DNA of 32,811 bases from Octopus sinensis (Eukaryota). The stretch spans positions 1 through 32,811 of the forward strand of contig NW_021832730.1 of the NCBI RefSeq assembly GCF_006345805.1, in the 5' to 3' direction. Within the stretch, counting starts at the first letter, position 1; the number at the start of each line of letters is the position of its first letter. Below the pieces are notes generated by a model. It ran no database searches. It worked only from the letters and a program-made list of their open reading frames with translations, and was not told where the DNA came from. The translations under genes were made by a program, and so were the position numbers. Of this stretch, positions 23,118 to 32,811 are shown piece after piece.

Positions 23118-24139
23118 GCCTGACCATTATTCGATTCTCCGCGGTCAGCTGTTCTAAACACCTTCATCGTCTTCTACGTATGCCGTGATTGGCAGTGAAC
23201 AAACTAGTTCTGATGCTACACCCACTCAGCAACTCACAAATTAATGGTCATCCAGCTGGTTTCGCCATCGTTAGTAAAGTCCGTTTTCTAGGCCCCTTTT
23301 TTTCTCGTTGGCGCTCCAATCTTGGATCAAAGAATGACTTAGTCTCGTATTCTGATTCTAGAATGTTATCAAACAATCACACTATCCAGCCAGTTTGAAA
23401 ATATGGTGTGACATCCCCGTGTGGACTCTCATCATGCTCTCTAAAAATGCGGGAATCATGGAGAATGATCTGGATGAACAGTTACGGTCAAAGTATTATG
23501 GATAACTCACAATTTATCGATGAGGATTGGCAGCTCTAGACAAATGCAAGTTTCGAGATACATGCAGGAGGACGAAGCTGTTCGCTCTAGTATTGTTAAT
23601 CCATTGAATATCAGCGAAGAGCTGTGGTGCGGGTGACGAATCCGGGTATCGAGCAAGTTATTAAGGAAACTTACCCTGCTTTCTTTTTTTTCTTTTGAAT
23701 GTATGATGGTAGACGGGATGAAAAAAGTCCGGTGACAAGACAACTGGCTCCTCCGAAAAGTACTCATAGATATTTCAGATAACAATTAAGAAAGTGCGAA
23801 AAGGGAGATAGAGATGCTGAGCTCCAGCTCGAAATGTCAAGAATGGGCCATTTCACTCAATATGGGTGAAATGGCCCTCTTCCCAGTATGTTACTTTCAG
23901 CTCCATAATGATGACCTGGAAGGGGTAAGTTTCATTGATGGTGAGGTGAATTCTGAACTTATGAGATTTCTTCCTTGTAACTAGCGTGCTGTCCTGCCCA
24001 CTAGGCACTTATTGTTATTCTCTATATTTGCCAGCATTATGTTGTATCTATTATATTACATAATCGATGAAAAATTTCCTTGCATTAAATCCTGCTTTTT
24101 TTTGTACTGTCTACAATATTTGGCTCGTAATTCAAAATA

Positions 24140-24325
24140 AATTACCTTTGTTTTTTCTACTCTAGGCTTAAGGCCCAAAATATTGGTGGCCCAGTATGCA
24201 ACTGGTACTTAATTTATCGACCCCGAAAGGATGAAAGACACAGTCGACCTCGGTGAAATTTGAACTCACAGCGTAAAGACAGACGAAATACCACTACGTA
24301 TTTCACCCGGCCTGCAAACGTTTCT
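24140..24325 (-). mobile_element. tRNA-derived SINE, family A
   Basis: actggtacttaatttatcgaccccgaaaggatgaaag..gtcgacctcgg..tttgaactc is the reverse complement of 4500-4610. Confidence 0.8.
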
Positions 24326-24932
24326 GATTTTCATTACCAATATTAAAGCAACCATTGGGTAAAATTGTTGAAATGTCGGGCAAAATGCCTTCCGTTATTT
24401 CTTCCGAATTTCTAAGTACTGAGTTCAAATTCGACCAAGGTTAAATTTGAATGTCACCTTTCTAGTATCCATATCATCAAGCACCCGTCAAGAAAGAGAC
24501 ATCAAGCACCCGTCAAGAAGGAGAGTTAACGGTATTCACTTACACCAACCTCTTAAAACTACCATCTTTGTACCTATATTTGATATTATCATTTTGTTGG
24601 AATGCAACTTGGAAAATGAAATAAGAGTTAAATATGATAACAATATGGAAATAAGAAAGTAGTCTACTCTTATTTACTCGATATTGGAAACATTGTTACA
24701 AAAGCTAAGAAATGTTTAAACAAAAAGGAAAAGCAAATACAAAGGTAGTACAAACACCCACACTCACAAATAGATATACATTTATTTATATCGTATATAT
24801 ACCTAACAATCTATCTGTCTATTTAGGTATATATATATTTATATATATACCTACAGAGATTGATAGAGATATTATATGGAAATAGTACATATATATAAAA
24901 TATATGTATATATATATATTATATAATATATA

Positions 24933-24991
<59 letters not shown>

Positions 24992-25534
24992 TAAAAATTT
25001 AATAAACAGACAAAAAAGCAAGCAGAGATAATAGAAAGAAGTCGATATTATTGAATTCAGTGGCTGTTATTGAACAAGGAAGACCTATTTATTCCTCAAC
25101 AATTTCCTATAAAAGCGTGCAACAGCCCGAGGGTTAATTGAGAAATGTATCAAGGGAAATTTAAACGTTCGCTTCACTTACTGATGTATTTCATCCTTCA
25201 ATTAATTTGCTTTCATTTTCTATTTTTCTTTCCGCATTTCGTAGGTTCGCATGTCCCTATTTTTATATAGTTTCAGAATTTTATAAAGACTCTTTCCAGG
25301 CAGGACTATACGTAAATAAACTGACAATACAGTCGATGAGGAAATTAAATATGTGTGTGTGTGTGTGTGTGTATGCCTGAGCTTATGTGTGTCTGCTTCT
25401 GCGAGCGCATACTAGAGAGAGAGAGAGGAAGAGAGAGAGACTGTGTGTGATTACATATAAATATGGCTTTAAAACACTGCACAAAGTATAGTGTATGTAT
25501 GTATGTATTTATATATGTGTGTATGTATTTATGC

Positions 25535-25885
25535 TTTTATTCTTTTACTTGTTTTAATCATTTGACAGAGGTCATGCTGTAGTACTGCTCTACAGGGTCT
25601 ATGTCGAAGAAATCCACTGCAGGGGGCATATTTTTGTAAGCCTTGTACTTATTCTATCGGTCTCTTGTGTCGAATCGCTAAGACGGTTGTCAATTGTTAG
25701 CGTGAGGACAAACGCAGACACATAACTATATATATATATATATATATTATAATATATATATAATATATTATACACATATATATATGTATATATATATGAG
25801 ACGGGCTTCTTTCCCTTTCCGTCTCACAAGGATTTGATAGGCTCGAAGCGATAGTAGAAGAGACTTGCCCAAGGTGCAACGCCTG
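25535..25885 (-). mobile_element. tRNA-derived SINE, family B (degenerate)
   Basis: ttttacttgttt..gtacttattctatcggtctc..gatagtagaagagacttgcccaaggtgc. Confidence 0.7.
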
Positions 25886-26204
25886 CGCCAATGTATGTAT
25901 GCATGCATGTATGTATGTATGTATATATATATATACGTATGTATGTGCGTGTAAGTATGTGCGTGCGTGTGCGCGTTTGTGTATGAATATAACGTCACAT
26001 TTCCAATAAGTGACAGAAAGAGACACATCATATCTACCTATATACCACGTAGTTCTTGAAAGAAAATGTCTGACTTTCCTTACGGTCAAATCGAGACCTA
26101 GCAGAGAGACTCCCTCCACGCCTCTCTCAGTTCAAAAGTCATAAAAGTGAAAATAATTAGCCATTGCCTTCAGGGCTTTGAGAACCACTTCGTTTATATA
26201 CTGG

Positions 26205-26372
26205 ATTCTAAGTGTGGCATAAGGCCAGCAATTCTGGGGAAAGGGATGAGTCAACTTGGACTCAGAAATGGGTTGAAAGGTAAAATCGACCCCGGAGGCA
26301 CTTGAACTCAGAATGTAAAGACAGACAAAATGTTGCTAAGCATTGCGCTTGGCGTCCAAACAATTCTACCTT
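26205..26372 (-). mobile_element. tRNA-derived SINE, family A (degenerate)
   Basis: gaaaggtaaaatcgaccccgg..ttgaactcagaatgtaaagacagac. Confidence 0.65.
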
Positions 26373-26391
26373 TTCTCCGTCTTATATATAT

Positions 26392-26787
26392 ACTCTCTTT
26401 ACTCTTTTTACTCTTTTACTTGTTTCAGTCATTTGACTGCGGCCATGCTGGAGCACCGCCTTTAATCGAGCAACTCGACCCCGGCACTTATTCTTTGTAA
26501 GCCCAGTACTTATTCTATCGGGATCTTTTGCCGAACCGCTAAGTGACGGGGACATAAACACACCAGCATCGGTTGTCAAGCAATGCTAGGGGAACAAACA
26601 CGGACACACAAATAACACACATACGACGGGCTTCTTTCAGTTTCCGTCTACCAAATCCACTCACAAGGCTTTGGTCGGCCCGAGGCTATAGTAGAAGACA
26701 CTTGCCCAAGGTGCCATGCAGTGGGACTGAACCCGGAACCATGTGGTTGGTAAACAAGCTACTTACCACACAGCCACTCCTGCGCCT
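26392..26787 (-). mobile_element. tRNA-derived SINE, family B (full length)
   Basis: Homologous end to end with 8328-8747. Confidence 0.9.
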
Positions 26788-26818
26788 GTAATATATATAT
26801 ATATATATATATATATAT

Positions 26819-28720
26819 CGGAAGGTTTGGAGATGATGTAAGGTATTATATATTAGAAAAATTGAGGTAGAGGTAATCAGACAGTGTTCATATTTGTAGA
26901 TATTTATTATATATATTACATTTTTTACATATAATCATATCATTCGGATTAGCGCTTGCTCCCATTCTAGTGGGTTTTCAAATCAAATCAGTTGTGGGTA
27001 GTTTGAACCTTTTTATAGTTTCGTAGTAGTGGGTGAGAGGATAGTGAGGCAGAGAGAAAATATGTGTGTATGGTGTGTGGTGGTGTGTGTGTGTGGGGTG
27101 CGTGTTGTGGTGTGTGTGCGATTTATTCTGAGAGTGAAGAAGTGTAGTGTTATTTCCGTTGGTCTGCTGGACCCTGTGGTTTTATAAGAACTTTGGCTGT
27201 CCATTTCAATGTCACTGGGTGTGTTGTTGCATAGGTTGGCCTGGCAAATGTCATTTGGGGTCACACTTTCTATGATCATTTCTGGGAGGGTGTGTGGTGT
27301 GTGTGTCTCTGTGTGTCTGTGTGTGTTTTTGTGTGTTGTGGGTGTGTGTGTGTGTGTGTGTATGTGTGTGTGTGTGTGTCTGTGTGTTTGGAGAAGGGGA
27401 GAGAGACAAAAAGAGAAAGGGAAAATAAAAATAATAATAATAAAAATAAAAAAATAAAAAAATAAAAAAATAAAATAAAAAAATAAAATAAAACAAAAAT
27501 AAAAAAAATAAAAAAATAAGAATAAAATAAATATAAAGAATAAAAAATAAAAAAATAAAAATAAAAATAAAAATAAAAATAAAAATAAGTGAGGAAGGGG
27601 AGAGAAAAAATATTTTTGTGTGTTGATATTTATACCAACAACATATATACACACACACAGACTTATACATAATATTTGAAAAAAACTTTTATCGGTTCAA
27701 AATGAACAACCAAATTATACCATCTTGAAAGTTGTATGTCATAGGAAAGTTAAAACTAAAGTGACAATTAAAGGTGAAAGATGAAGTGAATTATAAAGAT
27801 AATAATATAATATGATGTATATAACAGGCAATACACACATCTACACACACAAGATTTTTCCTTCATGTATGTTGAGTAAAGTTTCAGCCATTTAATTTGG
27901 GGGAGAACTAGCTATGAAATGTTTTTCCATATTCCTCCTGAAGGGGGTGTCATTCTTCGGACACTTGTAGAAGGGAAATATCTTAAATTTTCCTTCTCCA
28001 CATGTAGCTAGGTGTGGCTTAGTGGTATTTTGCGTAGTTCTTCCTGCCGAATATGTTGTCGGTGGATCCTGGCTCGCTGGCACAAAGAATTACCAGTTTC
28101 TCCTACGTAATTATCCTTGCATGTGGGGCAGGTTATGCAGTATATGACGTTCTGCGTCTTGCAGTCATATCTGCATTTACTTTGAATATGACACCATTTT
28201 AAATCTTATCTCTCTGTTGCTCTCTATGTATTTGTAGGTGGGGTTGCTGCAGGTCCCACATCTACCATCTCCGCACTCTTTTGCAAAGAATTCCGCACTC
28301 TTTTGCAAAGAATTCCATAAGGCGGAGGTAGAGCTGAAGTTTCTATGTCAGTTGGTTTCTATCCATTGGTATATTGTTCCATGTGTGTGTCCTTTAGGGT
28401 GTCCAGTGTTATGTGTTGGTGGTTTGTTCATATTCTATTTGTTCTATCCAAGTGTTATAGTTGTTGGTTGTATGTATTGTGCTCGTCTTGCTGTTGTGTG
28501 TTGGTTTTTGTGGGGTTTTGGGTTGATGGTTGTCTTTCATATTTTGTGTATCTGTTAATTGGGGGGTTCGGCAGTGTAAGGAGCGGGATTTTGGTTTGTG
28601 TTTTGGTAGGGCTTATTTGATGTCTGGGAGTCCAGTATGTTTGTGGTGTGAGTAGTTTGGTTGTATCTATTCATTGTTTTGGTAGTTTTTTTGTCTTCAT
28701 AATTGATTCTTCACCATAGT
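26819..28720 (-). mobile_element. Inverted, internally deleted copy of the Penelope-like element (5' segment + GIY-YIG + 3' UTR)
   Basis: ~26850-28316 is the reverse complement of 30463-31915, and 28306-28350 is the reverse complement of 28765-28812. 28350-28720 is A/C-rich on the minus strand, like the element's sense strand. Confidence 0.9.
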
Positions 28721-31700
28721 TCTTTTACACCTACACCCACTCCAAACCTCATAGAACTAAAAAATGACATAGATAACTTCAGCGCGCTACCTCCGCCTTA
28801 TGGAATTCTTTGAAAATAAAGAAACAGGAAGATAACTCAATCATAAGAAAAAAAATCCACTTCACCCCTTACAAGGGAAGTGACAAACACCTTGACACGT
28901 ACATAGAAACAATATCCAAATTCCTCTTCACACACACAAATGCAAACAGAATCTCCGCAGAGAAGAAAAGCAAAGCCCTACAAAAAATGAAAAATGACAA
29001 ATCATCGTTATAAAGAAGCTGACAAAGGTGGAGCAATAGTAATTATGGACACAGATTACTACAAAGAAAAGATACTAGAGTTACTGAACAACCAGACATA
29101 TTACAAAGAGGAACCAAACCACCGGAGAAAAACAACAATAAGAAAAATTAGAACTTTAGTCAATGAATATCAGGACTCCTTTACAGATAAGGAGGAAGAT
29201 TATCTATGCAACTCACAAACCAAAGAAAGCAACTTTTATGGATTACCTAAAATTCATAAAAGCTCGGAAATACAGAGAGCCATAAAGGAACAGAGGAACC
29301 ACTACATAAGAGTACAAAGACCTGCAGACCTCACGATGAGACCAATAGTGGCAGGACCCCAGGCAACAAAACACAACAACTAAGCCACTCATAATATACT
29401 CCTCAAACCTCTATGCCCACAGATTCCAAGCTACATAAGGGATGACATAGACTTCATCACACACATTCCAAATACAGTCCCGAAAAACACCATACTTGCA
29501 AGCTTTGATGTCACAAATCTATACACAAACATACCACACACCCTAGGTCTAGAAGCTATAAAACAATCAATAGAAAAATACAGAGAACTTATAGATGAAC
29601 GCTTTCAAGACAAACTTTATCACCCAAGCCACCCAACTAATACTAGAAGAAAACACATTCTCATTCAACAACAAGACATACCGACAGATAAAAGGCACGG
29701 CTATGGGTACAAAATTCGCACCTTCATATGCCAACCTAGTGATGGGCTTCCTGGAGGAAAAAACTATATGACGAAATAGGGAAAGTCTTCGAACACGACT
29801 TCAGAGAAGACATCAAGAAAAGTGGAAACGCTACCTCGATGACTGTTTATCTTTTGGAACAGATCAGAGAGGACCTACAAACATTCCACAACATCCTCAA
29901 TACGCTGCACCCATCTATCATTTCACAATAGATACCAGCCACAACGAACTTCCCTTCCTAGACATCACATCAAAAAACACAACTCCATCGTCACAAACAG
30001 ACATCCACTACAAAAAAACTGACACACATCAATACTTAAATTTCCACTCCTGCAACCCATCCCACACAAAAAGAAACATCCCATATAGTATGGCACGACG
30101 AATATGGCATAGTAACTGATTCACCAATACGATTAATAAGACTAGATGAACTCAAAAGCTTCTCCTAGAGCAAAAATACCCCCTTAAACTAATAGAAAAT
30201 GGAATCACAAGAGCATTAAAATAGACATCACACAACTCAGGACACCCAAAACAAAAACAAAGAAAACACACTATCCTTTTATAAACACACACAACCCTGG
30301 AGTTACCAACATCTTCCAAACATACATCAAACCTACCAATAGCCTTACAGAGCCCCAAATGAAAAACAATTAAACAAATATAGCATAAAAAAACAGTAGA
30401 CGACAGGACAAAAACCTAAAAAACCAACTAACAAGAGCGAAATTCTCTTCAGAAACTAAAACGGAATTCTTTGCAAAAGAGTGCGGAGATGGTAGATGTG
30501 GGACCTGCAGCAACCCCACCTACAAATACATAGAGAGCAACAGAAGAGAGAAGATTTAAAAATGGTGTCATATTCAAAGTAAATGCAGATATGAACTGCA
30601 AGACGCAGAACGTCATATACTGCATAACCTGCCCCACATGCAAGGAGAATTACGTAGGAGAAACTGGTAATCTTTGTGCCAGCGAGCCAGGACACCGACA
30701 AAATATTCGGCAGGAAGAACTACGCAAAATACCACTAAGCACACCCTAGCTACATGTGGAGAAGGAAAATTTAAGATATTTCCCTTCTACAAGTGTCCGA
30801 AGAATGACACCCCCTTCAGAGGAATATGGAAAAACATTTCATAGCTAAGTTCTCCCCCAAATTAAATGGCTGAAACTTTACTCAACATACATTGAAGGAA
30901 AATCTGTGTGTGTGTAGATGTGTGTATTGCCTGTTATATAATCATATTATATTATTATCTTTATAATTCACTTCCATCTTTACCCTTTAATGTCCACTTT
31001 AGTTTTAACTTCCTATGACATACAAACTTTCAAGATGGTATAATTTGGTTGTTCATTTTGAACCGATAAAAAGGTTTTTTCAAATATTTATGTATAAGTC
31101 TGTGTGTGTGTATATATATGTGTTGGTATAAATATCAACACAACAAAAATATTTTTCTCTCCACTTCCTCACTTATTTTTATTTTATTTTTATTTTATTT
31201 TTATTTTATTTTTTATTTTTTATTCTTTATATTTTTATTTATTCTTTATATTTTTTATTTATTTTTTATTTTTTGTTTATTTGTTTATTTTATTTTTTTT
31301 ATTTTTAATTTTTTATTTTTATATTATTATTTTTATTTTCCCTTTTCTCTTTTTGTCTCTCTCTCCTTCTCCAAACACACAGACACACACAGACACACAT
31401 ACACACACACACAAACACACACAACACACACAAAAACACACACAGACACACAGAGACACACACACACAAACCTCCACAGAATGATCATAGAAAGTGTGAC
31501 CCCAAATGACATTGCCAGGCCAAACATGCACAACACACACTCAGTGACATTGAAATGGACAGCCAAAGTTCTTATAAAACCACAGGGGGTCCAGCAGACC
31601 AACGGAAATAACATTCTTCACTCTCAGATATAAATGCGCACACACACACACACACACGCACACAAACACACACACACACACCCACACACACACACTACAC

Positions 31701-31915
31701 ACATATTTTCTCTCTGCCTCACTTCCTCCTCACCCACTACTACGAAACTATAAAAGGTTTCAAACTACCCACAACTGATTTGATTTGAAAACCCACTGGA
31801 ATGGGAGCAAGCGCTAATCCGAATGATATGATATATATGTAAAAAAAATGTAATAATAAATAAATATCTACAAATATGAACCATCTGATCTGATTACCTC
31901 AATTTTCTAATATAT
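28721..31915 (+). mobile_element. Penelope-like retroelement (PLE), 5'-truncated, inserted in (TA)n
   Basis: RT and GIY-YIG motifs followed by a ~1-kb 3' UTR; (TA)n tracts flank the composite at 26788-26818 and 31910-32039. Confidence 0.93.
28723..30873 (+). pseudogene. Frameshifted PLE polyprotein: reverse transcriptase + Cys linker + GIY-YIG endonuclease
   Basis: In order: FTPTP, LRLMEFF, EADKGGAIVIMD, FYGLPKIHKS, MRPIVAG, LASFDVTNLYTNIP, YRQIKGTAMGTKFAPSYANLVMG, WKRYLDDC (YLDD 29832-29843), LPFLDI, YLNFHSC, CGDGRCGTC, NVIYCITCPTCKENYVGETG (~30609-30668), PKLNG and stop TGA at 30871-30873. Many 1-nt frameshifts. Confidence 0.93.
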
Positions 31916-31939
31916 ATATATATATTATATATATATAAT

Positions 31940-32037
<98 letters not shown>

Positions 32038-32039
32038 AT

Positions 32040-32356
32040 GGAGGTGAAAATTGGCCAGTGGTTAAGGCAGCGGACTCGCGATTGTAGGATCGTGGTTTCG
32101 GTTCAAAAACAGGTGTTGTAAATGTTTATTGAGCGAAACACCCTAAAGCTCCACGCGGCTCCGGCAGGAGGTGGTGGTGATCCTGCTGACTCTTTCGCTA
32201 AAACTTCTGTCACTCTTTTTCTTTGTTGGCTGCTAGATAGCCAGCGCGCGTGGGTGGCGTGGCGTCTTTGAAGTCTAAAACAATGAGAAGAGCATAGTGA
32301 CCAGCGATGTTAGCAACATCTGATAGCCCGGTCGGTCACCTTGATCACGGTGATGA
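32040..32356 (+). mobile_element. tRNA(Arg)-like-headed SINE, family E
   Basis: A-box-like tggccagtggttaagg, anticodon-loop-like gactcgcg and B-box-like ggtttcggttc; flanked by (TA)n. Confidence 0.7.
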
Positions 32357-32392
32357 TATATATATATATATATATAATATATATATAATATA

Positions 32393-32811
32393 TTAATAAT
32401 TTAGGGGTAGCAAAAAATTCTAGAAAAAATTCTCCACTACCAGCGGTGAAGTGAGAAAGAAAAAATAGTCAATAGACTATGTAATATACATTCAAAATAT
32501 AAGGGATGGCCATAACAGGACATCCGACTCACTAGAAAGAGCAGTTAACCCAAACCACTAATAGTTGTAATCTGAAATGGAAAGAGAAATAAAAACCGTT
32601 ACCCTATCCTTTTGGACTATGCATAGTTTCGGCAATCTTTTGTAAATAGAATAAATTTATTTACGACTGGCGTTGCACTCTTCAGCAGAAAACCAAGGAC
32701 TAGCATATAGCCACGAGGCGATAATAGCATGCCTCGAGTCTATATGCTATAACTTTTTAAATCCACCATCTCGCGCGGTTTTCTCAGCAGTAAATATAAA
32801 CTACCGATTTA
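32393..32811 (-). mobile_element. Diverged relative of the 473-nt hammerhead repeat (runs off the window end)
   Basis: Blocks are collinear with the circularly read unit of the 10940-12628 array: ttaggggtagcaaaaaattc..ctaccagcgg, atagtc..gactat, agaaagagcag, HHR, cacgaggcga..atgcctcg, cagtaaatataaact.ccgatt. Confidence 0.85.
32608..32692 (-). ncRNA. Type I hammerhead ribozyme (diverged family member)
   Basis: Minus strand: ttttctg CTGAAGA gtgcaa ..gtaaata..tatttac.. ttgcc GAAA ctatgcatag TC caaaagg, with a GUC cleavage triplet. Confidence 0.8.

Noticed and set aside
31500-31560. SECIS-like AUGA..AA..UGA motif in the PLE 3' UTR (some Naiad PLEs encode selenoproteins)
   Set aside because: The helix pairs poorly, and all conserved Cys codons in the linker and GIY-YIG are TGC/TGT, so no Sec recoding is needed.

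Overview
AT-rich, microsatellite-dense animal genomic DNA. The SINE-like repeats resemble those I recall from octopus genomes; that assignment is an inference. No host protein-coding gene can be supported, and almost all ORF-track entries are translations of simple repeats or SINEs. The window holds many tRNA-derived SINEs, Tc1/mariner relics, two MITEs and a frameshifted Penelope-like retroelement (PLE; RT plus C-terminal GIY-YIG). That PLE is preceded by an inverted, internally deleted copy of itself (26819-31915). The most striking signal is a set of non-coding repeats carrying type I hammerhead ribozymes (HHR). (i) A ~473-nt, highly structured unit forms a tandem and inverted array at 10940-12628 with three complete HHR cores; a diverged relative at 32393-32811 keeps the stems through compensatory changes (retrozyme-like, candidate circular RNA). 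(ii) A tRNA-headed SINE-like element has a minimal HHR in its 3' tail (two copies). (iii) Further minimal HHR families are present. Several of these sit at (TA)n tracts and show PLE-style inversions, suggesting non-autonomous ribozyme elements mobilised by PLE machinery. All structures were read by eye; nothing was computed or searched.
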